64,000 nucleotides of DNA from the IMG/VR virus record IMGVR_UViG_3300032116_012976, one strand, 5' to 3'. The stretch is from a virus. Lineage: Duplodnaviria > Heunggongvirae > Uroviricota > Caudoviricetes. This document shows, in pieces, positions 37,401 through 50,100 of the stretch; positions within the stretch are counted from its first letter, which is position 1, and each line of letters starts with the position of its first letter. The notes below the pieces were generated by a model that saw only the letters and a program-made list of their open reading frames with translations, had not been told where the DNA came from and did not search any database. Position numbers and translations under genes: made by a program.

Positions 37401-38145
37401 GGTATTCTATGCCTACAGCGAAGATGCATTCTATCAATTGAGCTTGACAGTAACAGGAGTGTTGGAACTCAATGCAGTCACAGGATGGATTGCAAGAACA
37501 GGACGACAAAGTTTGTACTATCAGTACAGACACAACAGTCCATTGACCAGTAGAATTGATCCAGGAACAACCAATATCATTGACTTGTATGTGGTCACTT
37601 TGAGTTATTATAATGCCTACCAGAACTGGTTGAAAGATACCACCGGTACAGTCACTGAACCTGAACAACCAACCATTGACGATCTAAGTACAGAATATCA
37701 ACGACTACAAGATTACAAGATGGTGTCAGACAACATTGTGGTCAACTCAGTCAATTTTAAACCGCTGTTCGGACTCAAGGCCGCAGCAACATTGCGTGCC
37801 ACTATCAAAGTGATACGAGCACAAAATTCAACAGCATCAACATCTGAAATCAAAAGCTCAGTACTAGCAGAAATGAACAGTTATTTTTCAATTGACAAAT
37901 GGAACTTTGGTGACACATTTTATTTCTCAGAACTTGCTGCCTACCTGCATCGACAACTTGGCACAATCATCAGTTCTGTAGTACTAGTTCCGTTGGATCC
38001 ACAAAAGAGCTTTGGTGATTTGTACGAAATTCGTTCTCAACCCAATGAGATTTTTGCCAATGCCGCAACCATTGATAACATTGATGTGATTGAAGCATTG
38101 ACCAGTACTAACCTGCGCACAGCAGCAGGCAGCGGAGTAATTTAA
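34465..38145 (+). CDS. gp6: Baseplate wedge gp6-like (extended, 1226 aa)
   Basis: DFETLRKSF, FNDYIESSEF..LLD..A, NYLDTAERRDSV..LA, FGDG, EIKQRAP..Y.TQNRMV..EDY. Confidence 0.88.
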   Translation: MAKTTRQTAIFGVEDWKQIYQTYREADFQSYDFETLRKSFIDYIRLYYPETFNDYIESSEFIALLDVIAFMGQALAFRTDLNTRENYLDTAERRDSVVRLANLVSYTAKRNTAAQGYLKVFNVTTTENVIDYNGVNLSNVTVDWADPTNPDWQEQFTTIINAALVDSQRIGRPGNRQTILGVRTDEYAVNLVPGFLPVIPYNATVDGISMPFEAITSTSVGRDYIYEPAPQPNTSFNVLYRNDQLGYQSANTGYFFAFKQGTLQNQDFNLAERIANRTVNINIEGVNNEDRWLFQLDNVGSISREWQYTENIYVGAAEQLTGLRSIYSTTSRTNDQLTMIFGDGVFSEIPVGNFRAYVRSSNGLQYIINPEEMQNVVLPISYTDRNGNLQTITFTCGITRPVSNAQAREPIDEIKQRAPARYYTQNRMVNGEDYNLFPYTQYNSIIKSKALNRASIGTSRYLDLVDNTGKYSSTNSFGSDGGLWQQNILPTILFSWTNRNEIADVITNQVQPQLTESTMRQFYYGNFPRKLINTLDITCTATTITTNAITCATAAFFDYAYVGMPITFSGTVFGGITADLPYYVVSINSVNSTFTVSTTAGGSAVTLSSATGSMSAVTTLSTGGSTWNQSTTLANETTGYFKNSAGTPIAVGDESTTNFLYAIVGSLVRFVPPPGYFFDKNNKLQLGIPTKAEERVEIWASPIRVTGDGMNSGLGNLINGSGPVILNNFVPTGAIVDTIIPLFVTDLPLSIESAMSDQIALFRNFGLGYDNDGSITGTPYSWYLIQSTNLNQDAAWSQEYAGNTSGANLDSSWLIQFVVQNQNYTITFRGLAYNFGSVLQTRFFFYDGAQIYDSRTGTVIKDFINVLAVNTQPNSSEPLEGDIYMTITGQPVESDGYVDDFQVLVGYRDSDNDGVPDNPDFFSEIVGPAGTTGPYVFLQQTVDFDNLQRYLLVEEGVVIYSYATLDDIELVKTEWSSGQVFYAYSEDAFYQLSLTVTGVLELNAVTGWIARTGRQSLYYQYRHNSPLTSRIDPGTTNIIDLYVVTLSYYNAYQNWLKDTTGTVTEPEQPTIDDLSTEYQRLQDYKMVSDNIVVNSVNFKPLFGLKAAATLRATIKVIRAQNSTASTSEIKSSVLAEMNSYFSIDKWNFGDTFYFSELAAYLHRQLGTIISSVVLVPLDPQKSFGDLYEIRSQPNEIFANAATIDNIDVIEALTSTNLRTAAGSGVI

Positions 38146-41100
38146 TGGCACGAGTACGCTCAGTAGACTTTCTTCCGCAAATTTTTCAAACTGACACTAA
38201 CAAACAGTTTTTAGCGGCCACACTTGATCAACTGATTCAAGAACCTAAATTTAAAAAGACACAAGGCTTCATTGGCCGTACAGTCGGCCCGGGTGTAAAT
38301 CCCAACGACAAGTATGTGGTAGAACCAACAAAAACACGCAGTGATTATCAACTAGAACCAGGAGTGGTCAGTTTAGATCCTGCTGATACCACAACAATTA
38401 AAAATACCATTACCTATCCAGGTATGCTTGATGCATTGGAGTTCCAAGGATCACCAACGCAACGACCAGACAGATTGTTTTCAAGTGATTACTATACTTG
38501 GGATCCGTTTATTAATTTTGATACATTTGTAAACTTCTCTCAGTATTTCTGGTTACCCAATGGACCCAACGCAGTTGACGTTGCGGCCACAGGAGTGCCG
38601 GTAACAGACGACTTTGAAGTCACAAGAGCCAATGGCGTTTATACATTTTCTGGAATATCCGGCGAGAATCCAACTATTGAAGTGGTGCGTGGCGGCAGCT
38701 ATACATTCCAGGTTGCACAAAACTCTACAGAAACTGTAAACTACCGTGTTGGAAATTCTGGTATTTCTGCATATACCATTGACTTCCTCAACAACCCCAC
38801 ACTAACGCTGGCTCGTGGAAACACCTATGTGTTTAATTTGAACTTGCAAGGCGATTTTCCGTTCTGGATCAAAACTGAACAGACACTAGGATCAGCTAAT
38901 CCTTATAACGATGGTGTCAGTCGCAATGGATCAAACTTTGGCCTTGTGACATTTACTGTGCCAAGAAATGCACCAAACACATTGTACTATGTGAGTGGCA
39001 CACAAACTAACATGCGCGGTACGCTGAACATTGTGGATGGAACACCTGGCACTGGTCCAGGATTTTGGATACAAACAGAGCCAGGTGTGTCTGGCAAAAT
39101 TCCTACCACACCCAACATCAGTTCACGTGACGTGTTTGGTGTAACCAACAATGGTGAAGACCTTGGCACAGTGATTTTCAATGTGCCTACAAAAACAGCT
39201 CAGAGTTTTTATTACAATTTGCCAGTGTTCAGTCAAAATGTTGATTTGCTCACAGAACTCAAATTTGAACAAATCAACAATCAACCTCTAGACACGTTCA
39301 TTGAGACCTACGGCGGCATTGACGGAATAACCAGTCTCAACAACAGAACTTTAATTTTTACAAATTCAAACACTGATGCTGAAAGTGGTGGGTGGATTCG
39401 AACCAGTTTCTTTGACCCACTAGAAGCAGGGTCTGCCAATAACGGATTGATTGGCAGCTTTGACACTGAACCATTCTCTTACACAGCAGAAATTGCCCCA
39501 GAAGATAGATATCAACTTTGGCAAATCAACTACGTAGTAAGTGATGGAATTACCTATCTTAGATTGTCTAGAATAGCTACTATTGACAATTTGAACAAAT
39601 GGACCATTAGATATGGCACTGTGTACAGCAGTACCAACTGGTACAAAGATGCCGCAGGTACGTTTAGACAAATCCCTCTGCTGACAGCTTTGTTAAACAC
39701 CTTGTACTATCAAGATGGCACAGATCCAGAAATTTTTGGTACAATTAAACTGTTGGATGAAACAGAAAGTTCTACTCTGTTCATTGATGACATTTTGGGA
39801 CAAAAAAATTACACCAGCCCTAACGGTGTATCTTTTACCAACGGATTAAAAATAGTATTTCGGGGCGATGTTATTCCAGCAAGCTACAGTAGTGGAACAA
39901 TATCTTTTGTTTGCACATCTACCAACGCTGGGTTCAACACAATTAGCACAGCAACCACAGAAGATTTGTATGTTGGTCAACGGGTAGTATTTACTGGCAC
40001 AGTGATTGGAGGATTAGTTGCTGGACAATCGTATTACGTTCAGAGTATTGTAAACTCGTTTCAATTTACGGTATCAAGTGTAGTTGACGGCAGTGCTGTG
40101 ACTCTAACCACAGCCACAGCCGACATGAATGCCACCGCTATCAACTATCGTGAATATTATGTGGCTGGCGTAGGTACTGCTATTGAGTTGTTGCCTGTTA
40201 CAAATTTTGTCACTCCAGAATCTTATGTAATCAATGACAATGATTCTAGCTTGCCAGTGCCTGAAGAATTGGATTATTTCACAATTGATCGTGCAAGTCA
40301 AGACCTTAATTCTTGGACACGTTCAAACCGTTGGTTCCACATTGATGTGATCAATGCTACGGCTGCTTATAACAACACTGTGGCCACACTAGACAACAAC
40401 TATCGTGGCAAACGTCCAATTATTCAATTTCAACCAGACATTAGACTGTTTAACATGGGTACTCAGGGCAAACAACCTGTGGACATAATTGATCAGTTAG
40501 AGACAGATGCATTCTCTAACATTCAAGGATCAACTGGATACTCAGTAGACGGATATACTTTTACAAATGGTACCAGAGTTATTTTTGCTGCTGACGAAGA
40601 TCCAGATGTAAGAGACAAAATTTATGTAGTAGAATTTATTGTGCCTGACACAGTGCCGCCACTGATTGCACAACCTATTATCAATCTCACACTGGCGTCT
40701 GACGGCGAAGTATTGACTGACCAGTCTACACTGTGCTTGTCAGGTGACACGTTGCAAGGATTAACTTTCTGGTATGACGGAGCTGCTTGGATTGAGGCGC
40801 AACAAAAAACTGGAGTTCAACAGGCACCGTTGTTTGACGTGTATGACGCTGATCGAGTTAGTTTTGGTAATCAAGCAAAATATCCCAGCTCAGACTTTAT
40901 TGGTAGCAAACTATTCAGTTATGCAATTGGCGACACAAGAATACTTGATACAGTTTTAAAAATTCCATTACAGTATCTCAGTATCTCCAATGTGGGAGAT
41001 ATTGTGTTTGACAACAACCTCTACAAAGATACATTTGTATACACCAGAGATAACGTATCAGTAACTGTTGCTATTAGCTCTGGCAGTGCTAGAGAATATG

Positions 41101-44100
41101 CTGACAGAACAGCATACACAAGATTAATTGGGTGGCAGAATGCAATTACTACTACCCAAATGTATCAACAATTTAAGTTTACTTACAATACTGGAATATT
41201 AAAATTGGATGTGCCAGTTATTAACCAAACTGGTAATTCTGTACCAGTGGTCAAAGTTTATGTTGGTAGTGTATTCCAAGATCCTACCAAATACACTTAC
41301 GTTGTAAGTGGCAACAATACTACCATTACATTACTCAACACTTATGTAGTGGGTGACATTATTGAAGTTTTGGTTTTAAGCGATCAAATTAGCGCCGCGG
41401 CCTTTTATCAAGTGCCATCTAACCTGCAGAACAACCCGCTTAATGCCAACAGCACCAGCTTTACACTAGGAACCATACGTCAAAACTACGAAAGTATTTG
41501 CGAAAATTTACCAGGCATCCAAGGTGCTATTGCTGGTGCTAACAACACTAGAGACCTTGGCAATATCATTCCTTATGGATTGACTATCCTACAACAAAGT
41601 GCTCCAATGACTTTGGCTGGATATTTCTTGCGCAGTGAAGAATACAACATCTTCAATGCATTGACCTACAACAGTAGAGAATACACTAAGTTTAAAAGTA
41701 TCATGCTGGAAAATGTGACTCAGCAAGAAATCAATTTTCAAACTACTGCTCAAATCTTAGACACTGCTATTGAAGAAATCAATGCTGGTAAAGTAGAAAC
41801 ACAACCATTCTACTGGTCAGACATGCTGCCATCGGGTGCGGTGTATACTGAAAACACCTACACTGTGAGTTTTATTACGTCTAGTGTGTTTGATACTGTG
41901 CAGGTATACAATTATACATCTGCAAATTATTTAGGGTTGAACGTATACCTCAATGATCGTTTGCTCACTCGTGATTTAGAATATTCTGTGGCCACAGACG
42001 GACCTCGTGTGACTATTTTGGTCACACTGTCGGTGGGCGATCAAATTGCCATCAGAGAATATACAAGCACTTATGGCAACTTTGTTCCAAACACTCCTAC
42101 CAAACTTGGTTTGTACCGTGCTTTTAGACCAAGAATTACAGTTCAACAAACCAGTACAGGCGAACAAACAGTACTGATCGGGCACGATGGATCAGTTACA
42201 AAAACATTTGATGACATTAGAGATGATGTGTTGTTGGAATTTGAAACTAGAATTTTTAACAATTTAAAATTAGACGGCAATCCTGTTCCTATGGTGGCAG
42301 CTGATGTTATCCCAGGACAGTTTAGAGACACTGGATTTACCTACAGCGAAGTCAACAATATTTTGTCACAAGATTTTCTTAGCTGGGTGGCCTGGAACAA
42401 ACTTGACTACAACACACAAGACTATCAAGCCAACAATGAGTTTACATGGAACTATAGTGAAGCGCAAAACAAACTCAACAATGATTATTTGTTAGGAGCC
42501 TGGCGCGGTATCTATCGTTACTTTTACGACACTCAACAACCAGAATACACACCTTGGGAAATGCTGGGACTCAGCATCAAACCAGACTGGTGGGATGACA
42601 CCTACGGGCCTGCACCTTACACTGAAGGTAACTTAGTGCTTTGGGACGACATGGAAGCTGGGTATGTCAGAGACCCAGTTGCACCTTATTATCTGCCAAA
42701 ATATGCAAGACCAGGACTGACATCAGTTATTCCCACAGGCGGCGAAGGAGCATTGCTAAGTCCATTTGATTCGGTAGTAGGGACCTGGGATGAAGGACAA
42801 TTCCGTAAGAGTTGGAGCATTGGCGACGGTGGCCCAGTTGAAGCTTCATGGTGGAATTCAAGTTCATATCCGTTTGCAGTCATGCGCCTGTTGGCCTTGA
42901 CACAACCAGCTAAGTTTTTTGCATTGTTTGCTGATCGTGATTTGTATCGCTACCAAGAAGAATTTGGACAATATCTATATGATGACCGGTACAGACTAGA
43001 TGCCAATGGTATTGAAATATACGGCAATGGTGTGAGCAAAGCCAGTTACATTGACTGGATTGTGGACTACAACAGACAATCAGGAATAGATTCAACTGAA
43101 GATTTAACTGCTGACCTGGCCAATCTTGATGTGCGGTTGTGTTATCGCATGGCCAGCTTCTCAGACAAAAAATACATTAAACTTTACACTGAAAAAAGCA
43201 GCCCAGCCAGCACCAATACCAGCTTTTTGATTCCTGACGAAAGTTACAATTTACTGCTGTACAAAAATCAACCATTTGACCGAGCCAGCTACAGTTCAGT
43301 ATTGGTTCAAACAGTGCCAGGCGGCTATGCAGTATTTGGCTACAGTACCACACAGCCTTATTTTAGCATACTGCAAAGTCAAAGCGGAGGGCAATTGCGC
43401 ACCATAACTGTGCTGGACACTAGAATTCAAGTGCCAAAATCTTATACCAATACTGTGGTACAAGTTCCGTATGGATTTATATTTGATACCAAAACAGCAG
43501 TAGTTGACTTTTTGTTGAGTCTGGGCCAATATTTAGAAACTCAAGGTCTTACTTTCACAAACAGAGCCAATGGGTATGAGCTTGACTGGAATCAAATGGC
43601 CAATGAATTTTTGTATTGGGCAGCACAAGGCTGGAGCGATGATGCATTAATTGCATTAAACCCATTGGCATTCCGACTTAGTGTTACTAAGGAACAAGCA
43701 GTTGTTGACTCAATTCAAGCACAAACCAGTGAAAACATTCTACTAGATCAAAATCGTAGAGAGTTGCCTACTCGACAATTGAACATTGTTCGCATTGACA
43801 ACACATTCAGTGTTGAGCCTTTAGCTGATCAAACTCTAAGTTTTATCGACATCAAATATACATCTTACGAACACATGATTGTGTTGGACAATGCAAGTGT
43901 GTTTGGAGACTTGATATACGATCCAGTGACTGGTGCAAGACAAAATCGTTTGAACTTGGTATCCACTACTTCTACCGAATGGAATGGTGCTGTGGACGCA
44001 CAAGGATTTATTCTCAATCAAGACAATGTAGAAGAATGGCAAAATTATAAAATTTACAGCAAAGGTACGATTGTCAAATACAAAGGCACCTATTGGAGCG

Positions 44101-47100
44101 CCATGGCAATTGTTCAGCCTAGCGAGACATTTGACTATAACGAGTGGGTACAAAGTGATTACTCTCAAATTGAATTGGGAATGTTGCCTAACCTTGCAAA
44201 CAAAGCCAATCAGTTGGCCAACAGTTATGATATTAATGCTGCCAACTTAGAAAGTGATAATGATCTATTGAGCTATGGCCTTATTGGCTTTAGACCTCGG
44301 CAGTACATGGCAGCATTAAATTTAGATGATGTGAGTCAGGTAAACATCTATCGACAGTTCTTGGACTCCAAAGGTACTATCCTAAGTGCAGAATTGTTTA
44401 GTCAGGCAGTGTTAGGAAAAGAAACAGGCGACTATAACATTTATGAAAACTGGGCGGTACAACGTGCAGTATACGGAGCCAACGCCAATCGCAGTTATTT
44501 TGAACTGCGATTGAATCGTGCGCTGCTAGATGCCAGCCCAAGTTTGGTGCAGGTAATATTGCCTTTGGAATCCAGCAAAGCTGATCAAACTGTTTTGTTG
44601 GAAAATGTATGGAAAGAAAGTTTTAAACTTACTTCGCCTAACATTCTTCCAACAACAACTGAATTGCCAACAGATACTGCACTTCCATCAGCTGGATATG
44701 TAAATCTTGACGATGCTGACATTACAGCATTTGACATTGATGATCCTGCTAGCCTCGAAGCCAACATTAATAATATCAACGTAGGTACAAGTATTTGGGT
44801 CGCCAAAGTCAATGACTATGATTGGAACATTTACCGAGCTGAGTCAGTACCAGGTACAATCAGTCATGTATGTGATAATTTGAATAACACCAGCCGTGTG
44901 ATTTTTACTGCTGACCACGGACTTGTTGCTGGCAATAGAATTATTATCAGATTTTTTGATACAGAAGTTGATGGTGTATATGATGTGTTGTCTGTTGTTA
45001 ATTTGAACACAATAAACATTGCTTTTAGATTTTTAAGCAATCGAACAGTAGTTAACGGTACTGGCCTAGCGTTTACTTTAAAAACCATGAGAGTAAGTCA
45101 AGCCAGCAATGTAGACACTCTTCCATATGCCAACAGTTTGCTGTTTGGTGCAAAAGTTTGGGTTGACGACAATGGAGATGGTTTGTGGCAAGTGATTGAA
45201 AAACAAAACATTTTCAGCGAAGTTACTTCAATTGCACCAGAGTATCTAGATGCCACAGAGGCATATGGATCAAGCGTATCTCAGGCCACTAATAGATTTG
45301 CTGCTTTAGTCGGCAGCCCAAGATATGGATTTCCAACGTCTGCAAATCCAAAAGGCGGCGTTTACACTTATGTAAGAAGCACAAGCGATGTTTACCAGCC
45401 AGCTAGTCCTGTATCAAGCGGCGATGCGCTATTGACTTTGGATATAACTGGAGCAAGAGCGTATGGTACTTCAGTAAAATTTGGCAACAAAGACTGGGCA
45501 GTTGCAGGAGCACCATTGAGCTTGGGATCAGCCAGTCAAACCAATAACGGCTATGCCTGTGTAATCTATCGTGACACTGGATCTTATTTGCCAGACACCA
45601 ACCCATATTTTAATTGGCAACTGTTGACCACTCCTGGTAGTGTGAGTGCAGACCAAGGAAGATTTGGCTATTCTGTAGCAATGAGTCTTGACGAACGTTG
45701 GATGTACGTTGGTGCACCTGATGTAAACAAAGTGTATGCTTATGGCCGGGTTGACTGGGAAGATCAGTACTTTAGAACTGTAGGCAACGGATCTACAAAA
45801 GTATACTTGATCAATGATTACATCACTATAAGTGCAGCCACACAATTGCGTGTCACAGTTGATGGTGAGATTCAAACGTTGAACACAGATTACACAGTAA
45901 ATGCTGCGTTGAACACAGTGACATTTGTGTCTGCACCTGTAAGTGGATCTGATATTATCATTCGTCGTATTGCATTGCAAGATCTTGATGGCGCTGATTA
46001 TTTCAGTGTAACAGCCACTGGTGGATCGGGATCAGGAGCCTTGTTCACAGTTAGCAGACGTCGCGGAACTGTCACAGTTGGCGTTCAAGATGGCGGTACA
46101 GGTTATACTGTGGGCAATACATTGACTATTCCTGCTACCAGTTTTGGCGGCGGCACAGTGCCAGCCAATGATATTACATTTACGGTGGGCAGTGTAATAA
46201 GTGGTGAAATTATCACTATTAGCACACCATCGTACACACCGCCAGCATTGGCAACTGTATTCTCATTAAATGAATATTTCTATCAAGTTGCACTGACAGA
46301 CAGCACAATATACAGTTTTCAAATTGAAGTTGATGGAGTGCTTCAACGACCAAACATTGACTACACATTTAACACTTCAACCAAAGATGTTACCTTCTTG
46401 AATTCACCAGCCAGTGGCACCAGTATTTTGGCTCGAGCCAAAGACTATTGGTTGTATGTTGACACACTCACTGCTGGCGGTCTAGCTGCTGGCGCTCAAT
46501 TTGGCTACAGCGTGAGTTGTAGTACTGATGGTCGTCAAGTCATGATTGGTGCGCCGTATGCCACTGCTGATGGAGAAACTGAAGCAGGTGTGGTATATGT
46601 GTTTGATCGCAATGTGCAAAAGTTTATCTGGAACAATGATCCAAGCTCGTCAAGTTTCACGGTGCTAGGTACACCAGTTGCGCCGGTGAGTGTGATTGTA
46701 AACAATCAGTTCTTGACCAATCAAAACTCCACCACACAAGATGCAAGCAATACCTTTACGGTCAATGGATCTACTGTGACTGTGAATCTTGCAAGCAATT
46801 TACAATCAGGTGATATTGTTGAAATTGAAACCAATCAGTTTGAACTGTTGCAAATCGTAACACAAGACGCTGTAGCTGAATTTAGCAACTTTGGGCAGAG
46901 TGTTGATCTCTGCAAATACAATTGCAGTCTATACGTTGGCGAACCGCAAAGCAGCATCCAGATTTACAAAGGTGGTGTGGTTGAACGAAGTCTAAATCAA
47001 AGCAGAGTGTATGGTGTAATTACTGCGCTGAATGCCAGTCCTGCCCTCACAGCTGGCAATACTTTGCGGGTGAACAATATGGATGTGGCGGTACCAACAG

Positions 47101-50100
47101 CACCCAACAACACTGTGTCTGGTTTGGCCGCAGCCATTAACGCTGCTGTGCCCAATGTAACAGCCACAGTGACCAGTGGCCTGCTCACACTCAGCGTGAC
47201 AAATTTTGATTCTGCGCCTGCTGGAAACAAACTACAAGTGGCCCCAGGCAGCATAGGAGCAGCATTTGACAGTCTTGGATTTAACACATTTGAATGGACA
47301 CAAACAATTCAAAGCCCGTACCCTGTAAAATTTGCTGGGTTTGGCTCCAGTATCAGCGTTGATGATACTGCAACCACTTTGGTAGTAGGTGCTCCTCGTG
47401 GAACCATGTACTTGATCACAATATTTGATGACTATGTAGAGTTGTTTGATGCAGGTGCAACATCATTCTTTACCACTATAGATCAAAGTGGTGCTGTTTA
47501 CACATATGATTTGTTGAACAGTGCCAACAGTAGCATAACCAATCCAAGCAAGTTTATTTTTGGTAATCAGATTGCCATAACTTCAATTGATTATCTGGAT
47601 CAGTTGGGAGTTTCGGTTGACTACACATCTGGAGTGCTTTGGATGGGCGCACCTGGTACAGACTTCGGGGACAGTAGCAGTAGCAATTACGGTCAAGCTC
47701 ATGTGTGGCAAAATGCCACACGATCACCAGCTTGGGCTCCAATTAGAATTGAACAACCAGTTGTTGATGTGCGTCTGTTAAACAGCGTTTTCTTGTATGA
47801 CAGAATATCATCGGCCACAACAGAATTTTTAGACTTCTTTAATCCATTGCAAGGCAAGATACTTGGTGCTGCTCGTCAGAACATTGATTACATTGGCGCA
47901 GTTGACCCTGGCAGTTACAATGTAGGACCAGTTGGAGTGCGCGGCACCACCTGGGGCGCAGAACATGTGGGAGAAATTTGGTGGGATATCAGTACAGTAA
48001 GATTTATTGATCCCAACCAAGACGATATTGTTTACGCCAGCCGACGTTGGGGACAAGTGTTTCCTGGCAGCTCAATTGATGTGTATCAGTGGATTGTGAG
48101 TTCTGTTCCACCTGCTAACTATGCTGGTCCTGGAACACCTTACAGCATATCTAGTTATACTATCAACACTGTGTTAAGTCGAGATGGCAACTTTAACACT
48201 CAATACTTTTTCTGGGTGCGTGGTATCACTGATGTGGCCACACAGAAAAATAAAACTCTTAGTGCAGCAACTATTTCTCAGTATATTGAAAATCCTCGAT
48301 CAACTGGCATTGCATATCTAGCACCAATTAATTCCAGCACAGTTGCATTATACAATTGTGAAACATTAATTGAAGCTGAAGATACCATACTCCACATTGA
48401 ATTTGATAAAGAACTAACCAATGCCAATGTTCACGTGGAATATGAACTGATAGCTCAAGGGCGTGCTGATGGCTTCTTGAGTGATAATCTCTATAGAAAA
48501 CTACAAGATTCATTCTGCGGAGTTGACACAGCAGGTAATATAGTGCCAGACATTAATCTGGGGCCAGCTGAACGTTACGGAGTACAATTCCGTCCTCGAC
48601 AGTCAATGTTTGTTGATAGATTTGCGGCACTAAAAAATTACATTGTTCGAGCCAATACTGTATTAAAACAGTACACAATAAGTGAAAGCCGTAGCTTTGC
48701 TTTGTTAAACAGTGCTGAACCTGAACTGCCATCTACAACGATAGTTAATGGAGCAACAGTAATTAACTGGAACAAGCGGATACCTAACTTAGAAATTTTA
48801 ACTTATAATTTTGAAGCACCTGGCGGCGACGCCATTGGTTACAAATATCTTGTGGTTAGCGACAGTGACAATCGAGGTCTTTGGACAATTTACACTGTAG
48901 AAGAAAATCCAAACACTGGCAATCCAGAATTGGTATTGAGTCGAGTGCAAAATTATCGCACAACAGACTACTGGAGTTACATTGACTGGTATCGTCCAGG
49001 ATACAATTCCAGTATCAAACCTGTGGCAGAAGTTCCAACTTATTCTAGCTTGGCAACAATATCTGTGACCACAGGAGCCAGCGTAAAAGTAACTGCAAAT
49101 GCACAAGGCAAATTTGAAATTTATCTAAAAACTGATCTTGGATTTGAGCGTGTGGGACTTGAAGATGGAACTATTGCAATTTCTGCAGAAATCTATGATT
49201 ATGCTCTTGGAAGATTTGGATTTGACGTTGAAGTGTTTGATGCACAATACTTTGACCAAGAACCTGTAATTGAAACAAGAAAAATTATCCAAGCTATCAA
49301 TGAAGAATTGTTTGTGGATGATTTGGCCATTGAACGAAATCGCAGTTTGACTTTGATGTTTGACTTTATACTCAGCGAGTTTGCTGCTCCTGAATGGCTG
49401 GTCAAAACATCACTGATTGACGTTGATCACAGAATTCGAGAATTGCTGCCATTCCAGAATTACAGCCGTGACAATCAAGAATTTGTGATTGACTACCTTC
49501 AAGAAGTAAAACCATATCACGTGCAAGTGCGCGAGTTCAATCTCACGTACTTTGGCAACGACTTGTACCAAGGAGATTTAACAGACTTTGACGTTCCAGC
49601 GTTTTATAACACCACATTACCTGTACCACAATATACAAGTCCTATCTTGTTGCCGTACGCACACAGCGCGGCTCAAATTAGTAACACACTAAGTGATACT
49701 GAATCAACTGATCAAATTTGGACAGAGTGGCCTTACAGTCAGTGGTACAACAATTATCTGTTGAGCGTGGAAACAATTGTTGTTACATTCAACGGAACTG
49801 GATACACTACTGCACCTCAGGTTACCATAGTAGGAGATGCGGTAACGCCCGCAGAAGCCACTGCTTTGATTAATTCAGCAGGACAAGTAGTAGCAATCAA
49901 CGTAACCAATCCTGGCAGCGGATACCAAGCAACTCCCGCCATAGTGTTTTCAGGTGGTAACGGCACAGGCGCTCAAGCCTATGCCAACATGATTAACAGA
50001 AACTCAGCTGACTTTGATGCACAAGTTTACAACGTTAACCCTGCGGTAAATTTTGATCAATGGGAAATTGATACCAATAGCAACATACCTCTTACCACGG

